NCBI RefSeq assembly: GCF_004010195.1
Contig: NC_057752.1
Span: 16,313,916-16,353,196 of the forward strand
DNA length: 39,281 nt
Direction: 5' to 3'
From: Chiloscyllium plagiosum
Taxonomy: Eukaryota
Shown here: piece after piece, positions 1 to 11,316 of the stretch
How positions within the stretch are numbered: the first letter of the stretch is position 1
Layout: the number at the start of each line of letters is the position of its first letter
The notes under the pieces: generated by a model
Told to the model about the DNA's origin: nothing
Database searches by the model: none
The model's input: only the letters and a program-made list of their open reading frames with translations
Made by a program: the position numbers and the translations under genes

Positions 1-690
1 CCTGTCTTTAACCCTGTAATCAGCATTCAAATTTGACCTTCCAAAATGAATCACTTCAGATTTATCCAGGTTGAACTCCATCTGCCACTTCTCAGCCCAG
101 CTCTGCATCCTGTCAATGTCATGTTGTAGCCTGCAACAGCCCTCGATACTATCTCCAACACCCACTGACCTTTGTGTCATCGGCAAACTTACTAACCCAC
201 CCTCCCACTTCTTCATCCAAGTCATTTATAAAAACTACAAAGAGCAGAGGCCCAAGAACAGATCCCTGCGGGACACCACTGGTCACCGAGCTCCAGGCGG
301 AATATCTTCCATCCACTACCACTCGCTGTCTTCTTTCGGCCAGACAATTCTGTATCCAGACAGCCACATTCCCCTGTATCCCTTACCTCCCAACTTTCTC
401 AATAAGCCTACCGTGGGAACCTTATCAAATGCCTCACTGAAATCCATATACACCACATCCACAACTCGACCTTTGTCAGCTTGTCTCATCACATCCTCAA
501 ATAACTCAATAAGGCTTGTGAGGCAAGACCTGCCCCTCACAAAGCCAGGCTGACTATCTTTAATTAAACTGTTTTTCCAAATAATCATAAATCCAATCTC
601 TCAGAATCCTTTCCTGTACCTTGCTTACCACAGACATAAGAGCGACTGGTCTGTAATTCCCAGGGATATCTCTATTACATATCTTTTGCA
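1..690 (-). mobile_element. CR1/HER1-type LINE fragment, reverse transcriptase region, frameshifted
   Basis: Minus-strand ORFs carry RT motifs [50 protein letters not shown] and KFADDTK. Right boundary approximate. Confidence 0.9.
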
Positions 691-934
691 CCCATTAATT
701 TGCTTAGCCATTTTCACAACAATAACTCCACATAATTTTCTTCAAGTTCTGGCAGGGTCTGTGCAAATCTGAAGGTTTCATTCTGGGACTTGCAATTCTG
801 AATGAGATTCTCCCCACCTGAACCAGCATCAGTATCGGACAGCACCACTTTCAGATCATGGTCATATTCGTTCTTCCCATTCCCTTTACATTTCTAATTC
901 GGATAGATAACACTATTCACAAAAATCCTAATGC

Positions 935-1045
935 CCTCTCGCGCACACTCTCAAACACGCACGCACACACTCTCTCTCCCTCTCATACGCGCGTGCACAC
1001 ATTCTCTCTCATGCACACGCACGTTCTTTCTCACGTACACACAAA
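935..1045. repeat. Degenerate (CA)n/(CT)n microsatellite
   Basis: Runs such as cacacactctctctc and cacacgcacg. Confidence 0.7.
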
Positions 1046-1423
1046 CATTATGGGATGTTACTAAATTGGAACTGTTAATCACTAATCATTCCTGTCTCTA
1101 CATTCTGTTAAGGTTTCCAATACAATTATGTTATTTGAACTTTCGCTTTCTTTTGCTGTATTTTAATTACTGTTTTGCTTATTTTTGAGTAGTTTGACCA
1201 ATCGAATTGCATCTGGAACACGGCACCTCACATTTACCTTTAAACTAAGAAAATGTTAATGTCGAGGCTACCTTCAGAATATATTATGAGGGGGTCTGGT
1301 CTGGTCAGGTCCATAACATCAGAAAGGTGCAGAAACCCCAGCAAGATGTTTTCACATCCAGTAAGATAGCAAGACCCTGCTACATAAAGGAAACATTGGG
1401 TAACCAGCCTGTAAAGAGTTCCT

Positions 1424-1429
1424 TTTATT
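1424..1429 (-). terminator. Candidate polyadenylation signal (AATAAA) for SRRT
   Basis: TTTATT on the + strand, about 190 nt downstream of the SRRT stop codon. Confidence 0.5.
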
Positions 1430-1616
1430 TCAAGTTCTTCAGCAGAACACATTACATCACAGTTTCAGTATGGGTTAGTGCCTCCGGGGAAAACAGAAAA
1501 CTCTACGTTACAACATACCGTCTGTCTGGACAAAATACTGGCAACCTTACGAAAAATTCTTTAACTTAACAAAGAACAAAATGCTCTGGTCGATTGTTCA
1601 GCCTAATTAGGAACAC

Positions 1617-1692
1617 TTAAAAAAAGTCCACATCCTCTGGAGCGTCCAGGTCTCTGTATTCTACAATGTTTCTGGGATCTCCTCTCAGCATC
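1617..1692 (-). CDS. SRRT: SRRT/ARS2 terminal coding exon (cap-binding-complex-binding C-terminus)
   Basis: Acceptor tcttgcag, phase 2. Reads (R)[24 protein letters not shown] with TAA at 1619-1617, matching the conserved ARS2 C-terminus (human [24 protein letters not shown]). Not in the ORF track. Confidence 0.95.
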
Positions 1693-2383
1693 CTGCAAGA
1701 CAACAACAGGAGGTGTCAAGTATGTTCTGTGGGGGAGCTCAGCGATGGACCAACAGAATCCCTACATCCCTCTGTCCCTCAGTCAGACGGACCATCACCA
1801 CCTGTGTCTGCCCTCACCTTCGGTCAAGGTTACCACTGGGAATCTTTGTTGGGGGTGACAGCCCCCTTGCCGGGGCAGAACTGTGTGGGTGTGGGTGGGT
1901 GGGAGGGAGGGAGGGGAGACAGAGAGTTAGAGATAAGTGTTTCCCAGTTCGGGTGGGTCCCAATAGCCTGTGGTTACCCTCTGGAATCTCCCCCAGCAAT
2001 GACAGACTGAAGTGACAGTTGAAGGTGTACAAACAGTCCTGAGCAGGAACTGCAGGAAGGGAGGTCTCCAGATGGGGAGACACAATGGTGGGGAGTCAAC
2101 ATGCAGCAGAGTCAAATACAGACACAGGGAGGGAGAGAGGACAGAACAGCAGGAAGCACAAACAGCAACTTCATACCTTCCACCAACAACATGTCGACAG
2201 CCAGTGCCACCCCAACCCCAACTGAGTTCCTGCCTTATCTTGCTCCATCTGTGTTCTCTAGGTTTTGCCCCCAAACCCCTCGGTGCGTTCCCCCCCCCCC
2301 CCCCCCCCAGTGTAAGCTGCTGCACAGAGTGGGGGCAGCGCACTGGGAGACTGCAGTGTACCTAAATAAACACAAGCTGAGCT

Positions 2384-2634
2384 GTTACAGGCTGACAATA
2401 TGACCCCTTGGGTCGTTACAGGCTGACAATATGGCCCCTTGGGTCGTTACAGGCTGACAATATGGCCCCTTGGGTCGTTACAGGCTGACAATATGGCCCC
2501 TTGGGTCGTTACAGGCTGACAATATGACCCCTTGGGTCGTTACAGGCTGACAATATGGCCCCTTGGGTCGTTACAGGCTGACAATATGGCCCCTTGGGTC
2601 GTTACAGGCTGACAATATGACCCCTTGGGTCGTT
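2384..2634. repeat. 31-bp minisatellite, about 8 copies
   Basis: Unit GTTACAGGCTGACAATATG(G/A)CCCCTTGGGTC starting at 2384, 2415 and so on. Confidence 0.95.
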
Positions 2635-2924
2635 GCTTCTACGATAACAATCCCTGGCTGGTGGTCACTCAGTCTACAGTACAGAACAGGAACCTCGTTG
2701 CCAGTTTTTCAAAGGGAGGGCCTGCCCTTCGAAAGTGAATTTGGGGCGATGTTTAAATGCTTAGGGAAAGATTGTTCGAGCACAAGCCTGGAGTATGGAT
2801 TGGAAACGGACAGCATGTTCAATCTTCTCCCAGGCCAGCTAACTCACTCTCCTTTCTCCATTAACAGATCCAATTCCCGTTGGAAATCCCTGACTGAGCC
2901 CGCCTGGCCCAGCACAACACATTC

Positions 2925-3285
2925 CCGATTCTGACCGCTCACTGAGTGAGGAACATTCCTTCCTCATCTCGCTGTTGTTGCTTTGACCCGTGCCCTGGTT
3001 CCCAATCCCTCCCCCACAGTGAGAACCATCTCTCCCTACCCACTCTGGCCCTGATAGTGACCACCTCAATCAAATCTCCCTTTGGAGAATACATCCAACG
3101 ATCCCAAACTATCCAGGGAGCTGCTGTCTTCCCACACCAGGAACCAGGATTCTGCGCTGCACTCTTTCCAATGCTTTCACATCCTCCATAAAGTGGCGGT
3201 CCCAGATCTGGGCACAATAGCCTCCAGCTGAGGTCTAACTAGAGTCTTATACACATTCAGAGGAAGGTCCCTACTCTTCTCCATG
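2925..3285 (-). mobile_element. Decayed CR1 LINE 3' fragment
   Basis: Minus-strand translations include VYKTLVRPQLE and KGDLIEV, which are CR1 ORF2 C-terminal motifs. Confidence 0.7.
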
Positions 3286-3289
3286 ACTT

Positions 3290-3720
3290 GGCACGGTGGC
3301 TCAGTGGTTGGCACTGCAGCCTCACAGCGCCAGAGACTCAGGCTCGATTCCCACTTCGGGCAACTGTCTGCATGGAGTTTGCACATTCTCTCTGTGTCTG
3401 TGTGGGTTTCATCCCACAATCCAAAGATGTGCAGGTTAGGGTAGATTGGCCATGGGGAACTATCCCATAGTGCCCAGGGATGTGCAGGTTAGGGTAGATT
3501 GGCCATGGGAAATTGTCCCATAGTGCCCAGAGATGTGCAGGTTAGGGTAGATTGGCCATGGGAAATTGTCCCATAGTGCCCAGGGATGTGCAGGTTAGGG
3601 TGGGTTGACCATGGGAAATGCAGGGTTCCGGGGATAGGAAAAGGGGGATGGGTCTGGGCGAGATGCTCTTCAGAAGGGGTGTGTGGACCTGATGGGCCAA
3701 ATGCCTTGTACAACTCTGTT
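3290..3720 (+). mobile_element. HE1-type tRNA-derived SINE with an internal 53-bp tandem expansion
   Basis: Head ggcacggtggctcagtggttggcactgc (A box) and ggctcgattccc (B box); body gatgtgcaggttagg repeated at 3426, 3479, 3532 and 3585; CR1-like tail gatgggccaaatgcc. Confidence 0.85.
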
Positions 3721-3949
3721 GATAATGGTCAGGATTGGTCATGATTTAGTAATCACTCTCTCAGCCTGTCCACCATCAAACAATAATTCACATGTAGGCC
3801 CAGGCCCCGAGGATCCTGCACCCATTGCTTTATTATTGGCTTGTTCAGTTATTCCCACTAAAATGAATCCCTTTACATTCCTACAGGTACTTTAGGGATC
3901 AGGGAATGGGGTATTTCCAACCTCATCGGGAGGCAGCTCTGTACAAGGC

Positions 3950-4295
3950 AATTACAACAACAACTTGCATTAATAAAGCACCTTTTAACATAACAAATGA
4001 CCAAAGGGGCTTCACTGATTAAACATTATCGGACATCATACCGCACAAGGAAAGATGAACCACAGATAACCAGCAGCTTGGTCAAAGAGATCAGATTTAG
4101 GAGGAGTTTTAAACAAGGAGACAGAGGGTTCAGAGAGGGAGAGTCAGAGCTCAGGCAGCTGAAGGCAACACCCCCAATGGTGGAGCGATGGGAATTGGGG
4201 GATGGTCAAAGGGCTGGAATTGGAGGGGATTACAAAGATAGGGAGGGGGTGTAGGGGCTGGAGGAGGTTACAGAGATAGGGAGGGGGTGTAGGGG
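3950..4295 (-). mobile_element. L2-like LINE 3' fragment running into a purine-rich tandem repeat at the gap
   Basis: aacaacttgcatt...gcaccttt resembles an L2-type 3' end; ggagggggtgtaggggctggaggaggttacagagatag repeats up to the N run. Confidence 0.45.
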
Positions 4296-4680
4296 NNNNN
4301 NNNNNNNNNNNNNNNNNNNNNNNNNNNNNNNNNNNNNNNNNNNNNNNNNNNNNNNNNNNNNNNNNNNNNNNNNNNNNNNNNNNNNNNNNNNNNNNNNNNN
4401 NNNNNNNNNNNNNNNNNNNNNNNNNNNNNNNNNNNNNNNNNNNNNNNNNNNNNNNNNNNNNNNNNNNNNNNNNNNNNNNNNNNNNNNNNNNNNNNNNNNN
4501 NNNNNNNNNNNNNNNNNNNNNNNNNNNNNNNNNNNNNNNNNNNNNNNNNNNNNNNNNNNNNNNNNNNNNNNNNNNNNNNNNNNNNNNNNNNNNNNNNNNN
4601 NNNNNNNNNNNNNNNNNNNNNNNNNNNNNNNNNNNNNNNNNNNNNNNNNNNNNNNNNNNNNNNNNNNNNNNNNNNNNNNN
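4296..4680. other. Assembly gap (385 N)
   Basis: N run. Confidence 1.
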
Positions 4681-4839
4681 GGGAGGGGGGTTACAGCGAT
4701 AGTTTTCGGTTGCAGTTCTTCTGGATTGAACGCTCTCAGTAACGGGGGGGGGTGACAGGTGAAAGGACATCGTATGTTTCTGGACAGAGGTCAAAGGTGA
4801 AGCTCTAATGCAGCCGAACATTTTTCAGTTGCTGCTGAA

Positions 4840-5715
4840 AGGCTAAGGGATTGTCAGAGAATCCAGGAGGATACAGATAGACTGGAGAGTTGGGCGGAAA
4901 AGTGGCAGATGGATTTCAATCCAGACAAATGTGAGGTGCTGCATTTAGGCAAGTCTAATTCTAGAGCGAATTATACAATGAATGGAAAAGCCTTGGGAAA
5001 GGTTGATGGGCAGAGAGATCTGGGAGTGCAGGTCCATTGTACCCTGAAGGTTGCTGCACAGGTGGATAGAGTGGTCAAGAAGGCATATGGTACACTTGCC
5101 TTCATTGGACGGGGTACTGAGTACAAGAGCTGGCAAGTCATGTTAACATTGTACAAGACATTGGTTCGGCAGCATTTAGAATACTGTGTACAGTTCTGGT
5201 CGCCACATTACCAAAAGGATGTGGACGCTTTGGAGAGGGTGCAGAGAAGGTTTACGAGGATGTTACCTGGTATGGAAGGTGCTAGATATGAAGAGAGATT
5301 GTGTAGGTTAGGATTGTTGTCATTAGAAAAAGGAGATTGAGGGGGGACCAGATTGAGGTTTATAAAATCATGAAGGGTATAGACAGGGTGGATAGAGACA
5401 AGCTTTTTCCCAGGGTGAGGGATTCAATAACGAGAGGTCACGCTTTCAAGGTGAGAGGTGGAAAGTTTAAGGGGGATACACGCGGCAAGTACTTCACACA
5501 GAGAGTGGTGGGCGTTTGGAACGCGTTGCCAGCAGAGGTGGGAGAGGCAGGCACGGTAGATTCATTTAAGATGCATCTGGACAGATGCATGAGTAGGTGG
5601 GGAGCAGAGGGAGACAAATGCTTAGGAATTGGGCGACAGGTTTAGACAGTAGATTTGGGTTGGCTCAGGCTTGGAGGGCCGAAGGGTCTATTCCTGGGCT
5701 GGAAATTTTCTTTGT
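4840..5715 (+). mobile_element. 5'-truncated CR1/HER1 LINE (ORF2 C-terminus and 3' UTR)
   Basis: ORFs 4909..5340 (MDFNPDKCEVLHLG...LYKTLVRQHLEYCVQFWSP...LERVQRRFTRM) and 5337..5645 (RGDQIEVYKIMKG...TRGH...FTQRVVGVWNALP); tail gggccgaagggtct. Confidence 0.93.
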
Positions 5716-6129
5716 TCTTTGGTGAGAGGTTGCTCACAATAAGGCAAGGGTAAGCACTTGGCGGTGGGGTGGAGGCAGATGGGTACCCACACCCTGGCAT
5801 TGATATAGCACTGTCCCTACTCTTGGGGCCTGTCTGGAGCCTGGACAAATTCCAGCTAAATCAGTACAAACATGGAGATAAGAAAAAACTCCTTCGACTC
5901 GGAGCAATACGGGGTAGGCATGTGTGCGCAGGCCAGGACCAAGCTGATGAGAAGCAGCACAGAACACGCAAACCAAAGCCCGTTGCTTCCCGACCGTCCA
6001 GGCGATATTTCAGCATTGGCAACAGGGAGACTGGGAGAGAGGGTTCTCTCTCGTAAACCCGGGAAATGCTCCAAACACTCAGCCACAGAGCCCAGTGCAA
6101 TCATTCAAACTCAGGCTGTAATCTCTGGG

Positions 6130-6590
6130 AGTCAAAACGAGTGGTGCTGGAAAAGCACAGCAGGTCAGGCAGCATCCGAGGAGCAGGAACATCGACGTTT
6201 CGGGCAAAAGCCCTTCATCTGGAATGAGGGGGAGACCCATGGAAGCTGAGAGATAAATGGGAGGGGGAGGTAGGGCTGGGGAAAAGTTAACTGGGAATGA
6301 GGTAGGTTGATGAAGATGGGGCAGAAGGTGATACATTGGAGAGGAGGGTGGAGGGACAGGTGGGAAGGAAGGTGGACAGGTCATGAGGGTGGTCCTGAGT
6401 TGGAAGTTTGAAACTGGGATAAGGTGGGGGGTGGGGAAATTAGGAATCTGGTGAAATCCATATTGATCCTGTGTGGTTGGAGGTGAAGTGTTCTTCCTCC
6501 AGGCATCAGGTGGTTAGGGAGTGGTGATGGAGGAAGCCCAGGACGTGCATGTCCTCGGCGAAGTGGGAGGGGGAGTTGGCAGTGGGGTTG
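6130..6590 (-). mobile_element. Penelope-like retroelement 3' fragment with decayed hammerhead motif
   Basis: Minus strand reads ccAgatga-agggc-tttt-gccc-gaaac-gtc...gatgctgcctgacctgctgtgcttttccagc. The same family recurs at about 32665 and 37920. Penelope assignment is from recollection of shark repeats. Confidence 0.6.
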
Positions 6591-6939
6591 GTTTGTGTGT
6601 ACGTCTGTAATCTCTGTGAAGAGCATCACCAGCGAACTGTGAAACATGCTGCGAGCCATTCAGAACCGATCGATACCAAGATTAAAGTGACTGAGTGCAA
6701 GGTAGGAGGAAGACTTGTTATCTGGAAACCATGAACTTGCTGCAACAGGACATCCTGTACACATTGTAAATCTGATAGCAACTTTCAACATACAGTAAAA
6801 CCAACAAAAACTTAGCAAAGCTAAACACGGAATCACTACAGCTCATGTTGACAGATCAACTTTGATACCCAGCGAGATCGGAGTATGTAGCCCATCCCAG
6901 GCATCGATCCAAATGGTCAAGTCCCCAAGGGGAATGAAT

Positions 6940-7345
6940 AACCTTAACATCCGATGGTCAGTGAATCCCCCACGACCAACATTAACCAGAAACTTAACCA
7001 GACTTGCCATATAAATACAACAGCAGGTCAGAGACTCGGAACCCTGCGGTGGGGAACTCACCTCCTGACTCCCCCAAAGGTCAGGAGGCTGAGGGAATAC
7101 TCCCCACTTGCCCCTGGATGGGGGCAGCTCCAACAACACTCAAGAGGCTCGACACCACCCAGGGGTTCCCTCAGTGTGGCTGGGTCAGAATCCTGGGATT
7201 CCCTCCCTCAGGGACACTGTGGGTCTACCCTACGGCACATGGACTGCAGCGGGTCAAGAAGGCAGCTCACCCCCCACCTTCTCAAGGGGCAACTAGGGAT
7301 AGCCCAGCCATAGACCCCCACAGCCCATGAATAAATTAAAAATGA
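6940..7345 (+). mobile_element. CR1/L2-clade LINE 3' fragment
   Basis: Remnant VRRLREYSPLA; 3' block gggtcagaatcctgggattccctccct...cttctcaagggg is shared in inverse orientation with 31230-31505. Confidence 0.65.
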
Positions 7346-7901
7346 CTCAATGCAAGATTGGTAGTTCAGTAAAGGGGGGGGGGGTGGAGAGAGAGATAGA
7401 GAGAAAATGACCCTTTATGGAATATTGTCTCTGCAGATTCCCTAAGAGTTGCTTCCAAGATTTCAGAGAGAAATGATTCTTGCAACAAGTTGGCATGAAG
7501 GAAAAAATATACTTTTGGAAAAATGTAGACTTGGGAAAAATGGAACAGGGAGTAGGCTGTGGGTGGATTAATGTTGACACGGTGCATTGATACAGCACAC
7601 CCATGCATGTGCCACGCTGCTGAGCGGGCAGACAGATCAAACAAAGCCACGAGCGGTTTCAGGACAGCCAGCTAAAGGCTTGGTCGCTGAGGTAGCTTTT
7701 CAGGAGAGAGGTGCCTAGTTTTTGATAAAGGGTGGAGTGTACAAGAGGCCAGAAACTGAGGAGTGTAGGGATCTTGGGAGAGTTTCCGGGATCAAACGTG
7801 GCTGTAGAGAAAACAAGGGATGAGGTTTTGGAGGGACATGCAGGTCAGAGAACACGGAGGGCTTCAGTTTCAAACGGTTGCTGTCAAACGTCAATACAGA
7901 C

Positions 7902-7995
7902 CTGTTCCTGGGCTTCCCTGGGTAGCCTCCCTGCCCTCGGTATGCATCGTAGGCTCCACGGCCACCATACTGAGGAGGAGGATAGGCTGGTCCAG
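7902..7995 (-). CDS. SRRT: SRRT/ARS2 penultimate coding exon
   Basis: Acceptor ttttctccccctacag, donor AG|GTCTGT; 94 nt, phase 1 to 2; [32 protein letters not shown]. Confidence 0.93.
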
Positions 7996-9324
7996 CTGTA
8001 GGGGGAGAAAACAACGCAACAGAGTCAACAAATTCCTGTCAAACACCATCACGCTCACAGCAACATAAATATTAGGCCATTCGGCCCCACACGTCAGCTG
8101 TCATTTCCTAAGATCACTGCAGATCTGGCTGTGAGTTTCCTGTCTGCCCTCCACTGTTACCAGAGTCCAGGCCAGTTAGCGACAGAGAAACTGAGGCACC
8201 TCGCGCTCCTTCCCGGAGAGGAGCTTGTTGGCTTTCTCAGTCTCTCACCCCACACCCAGTATGACAGCTTTCCCATGACCTTTGTAACCCACCTGCACAG
8301 GACACATGGAGGATTTGAACACGGACAGTGTGACCCAGTGGTGCACATGAGAACCAATTTAGATATGCTCAGATAATTAACAGCCACCACCAATCTCTCT
8401 TAAATACAGTCCACCATTAACAACCTGACTCCCTCTTTACGCCATTCTCAAATGTACTCAATGACACGCTCTCCAATGTTCTTCCATAGGTTGACAATCC
8501 TTCGGAAAACAAAACTGTCTCCACATCTCTGTCCAAAATGGGAGACCATTTAGTTTTCAGTTGTCTCCCACCGTTCTGCACCCTCCAGGGTCCCTCCTGA
8601 TAAATCCTTACAGGATCTTACACATTTCAGAAAGATCACGTCATTGTTTGAAGGCCCAATAGACATGGCATGGCCGTTTAAAAGCACATCCTCTATCCTT
8701 TCTGAAATAAGAACATTAAAACTGTACACAGTAGGCCAGATATGGCTCCTTCAAATTCCCTGGCTAGCAAAACCGTCCAGTTTTATATTCCAAAGACTCT
8801 CAACCCTCAGGGAAACATATTTCCTCATCGTTGCTTGAGGCTGGTGCCCCCTGATTTTTAAACAATGTCTTCTCCACATCCATCCGGTCAACATCCCTCA
8901 GGATCTTGGATGTTTCAGTAAAGTCACTCAAACCCTTCGGCACTCCAGAGGATAAAGTCTGAGCTGGTCTATCTTCCCTCTGACAGAAATTCACTCATCG
9001 CAGGTATTACCCTCAAACATTTTCTGAACTGCGTCCAATGCGTTCACATTCTTCTGCAGGTTAGATATGTACCAAATGAAAGGAACCTTCCCTGACTTTG
9101 GAAAATTAAGACCACCATAACTCAGTGACTACTTCTTTTAAAACCCATCAGGACCTGGGCACAAGTCCACGCACAGCTCCAGTAATGGACACGGTATTAC
9201 TTTCCTGGTTATTGTAATTCTGAGGCTCCACCACACATTCCATTCCTGATCTATATTTATCTCCGGGATGCTTCTTACACATTCTATTGGAGACCAATTC
9301 AAAACATTGCATCAATTCATCCGT

Positions 9325-9900
9325 GTTAGATACAGAGTAAAGCTTCCTCTACACTGTCCCCCATCAAACACTCCCAGGACAGGGACAGCATGGGGTTAGA
9401 TACAGAGTAAAGCTCCCTCTACACTGTCCCCCATCAAACACTCCCAGGGACAGGGACCGCTCGGGGTTAGATACAGAGTAAAGCTCCCTCTACACTGTCC
9501 CCCATCAAACACTCCCAGGAACAGGGACAGCACGGGGTTAGATACAGAGTAAAGCTCCCTCTACATTGTCCCCCAATCAAACACTCCCAGGATAGAGACA
9601 GCACAGGGTTAGATACAGAGTAAAGCTCCCTCTACACTGTCCCCCCCATCAACCACTCCCAGGGTAGAGACAGCACGGGGTCAGATACAGAGGAAAGCTC
9701 CCTCTACATTGTCCCCCAATCAAACACTCCCAGGACAGAGACAGCACGGGGTTAGATAGAGAGTAAAGCTCCCTCTACACTGTCCCCCTTCAAACACTCC
9801 CAGGACAGGGACAGCACGGGGTTAGATACAGAGTAAAGCTCCTTCTACTCTGTCCCCCCATCAAACACTCCCAGGACAGGGACAGCACGGGGTTAGATAA
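9325..9900 (+). repeat. 70-bp minisatellite, about 8 copies
   Basis: Unit GTTAGATACAGAGTAAAGCTCCCTCTACACTGTCCCCCATCAAACACTCCCAGGACAGGGACAGCACGGG at 9325, 9395 and so on. Confidence 0.95.
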
Positions 9901-11062
9901 ATAAAGCTTTCTCAAAAACATGGATGGTTGGGACTTTCTTTCACAAATATCTCTTGGGTAAAGATATTAAGGAGAACGAAAGCAGCCTGTGGGTGAGGAT
10001 GGAAAGCAGTCATGTTGCTGAATAATATACTGCAATGCCCAGCGTCCTGACAGTTGACTGTGCAACCTGTAAGAGAGATTACAGTGCCCTGTAAAAACAT
10101 CCGGGCGTGACACCACACTGGGCCCCAGTCATCCTGGGCAACGCCGCCAAGTGAAAAGGAAGGTTAAGATCCTACAATGCGCCAGTCCCTTCTCCCCTCC
10201 ACCTCAATGCCAGCTGAATTCCACAAGGCTTGGTGAAAGCTGAGTGGAAACATTTTCACCCCCCACCCCCAGAAATTGCAGAAGGGTTTGTCTGAATTTG
10301 TGGTTTAGGAAATACAACTAAAGGAAGTCAGATTAGGTCAAAATGATTTGGTCTCTTTAACTTCCGTCTGTTTTCTTCTGAAGCAGTCTTCAAATCTGTC
10401 TCACACTCCGAGAAATGATTGATAAAGCAAAGTGCAGCTTTCAGGTTCCAACTGACTCTCAGCTGGAACACCACCATGGTACGTGGACAGCAATTTCTCT
10501 GATAGAACGGGGAGTATGGCTTAAGCAGACTATTTCCACACAGGGTCCCCACAGCAACACTGATGCCCCTATCCACCCCAGTCGGGGCAGGGAGAAAGCT
10601 CAAGCACCCCGATAAATTGGAAGGGATTGAAGGGACACATCTAAATGGATCACAATGTGGAGGTGCTGGGGTTGGACTGGGGTGGGTAGAGCTAACAATC
10701 ACACAACGCCACTATAACCTCGCGTTGTGGGATTATTTTAATGGATCATGCCAGAGCGTGTGAAGAGTGTGTAACTTGCTCCCCCAGAGAATCACTGAGC
10801 TGAACAGCGTTGATACCACTGGAGGAGCACGTGTGATGAATGTACAAAGAAGGGGAGGCCAAGCTAAGAGGCTGGGGTGAAGAGGGAAGGGTGGGAGGAG
10901 GCTGGAAAGAGGGTGTAAAGCTGAAAGGCCAGCACGGACCGGAATGGGCTGAACGACCAGCCTGGTGTCCTGCTGTAAATGTGAAGTTACTGCATTGTCC
11001 AAAGTTGCAGTAACTTCCTGTGGCTCAGCAAGCAAGGGCCAATCTGGTTTTGGAGAGCTTAC

Positions 11063-11152
11063 CTGCAAATCCCAACACGGGGGGGCGCGGCTGGCCAAAC
11101 CCAAGCAAGCCTTGGGGAGAATGGTGAGGATAACCCATAGCTGGGTTCAAAC
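11063..11152 (-). CDS. SRRT: SRRT/ARS2 proline-rich-tail exon (90 nt, symmetric phase 1-1)
   Basis: Acceptor tcttccag, donor G|GTAAG; GLNPAMGYPHHSPQGLLGFGQPRPPVLGFA versus human [30 protein letters not shown]. Confidence 0.92.
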
Positions 11153-11316
11153 CTGGAAGACAAACACAACAGGGCTGCTTCATTCGGGCACAATACACAG
11201 CATCCCCACCCCACATCAGAGTTTCACAACACACCCGAAACACAGACTCAAACACCACGATGACAGCATAGCAAAGATTCAACAGCGATAGTAAACCGGG
11301 TACTGCCACATCAAAT

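Noticed and set aside
1240..1452. Minus-strand ORF ending DLTRPDPLIIYSEGSLDINIFLV, vaguely like the ARS2 C-terminal motif (alternative last exon?)
   Set aside because: The nearby AG acceptors (tgtagcag) do not put it in frame with the phase-2 donor at 7902, and the similarity is weak.
3290..3360. tRNA gene (A and B boxes), also at 14643 and about 33340-33407
   Set aside because: These are tRNA-derived SINE heads followed by SINE body and LINE-like tail.
5856..5944. Possible alternative terminal or poison SRRT exon after acceptor-like cttctcatcag
   Set aside because: No homology, donor or polyA support; such AG sites are common by chance.
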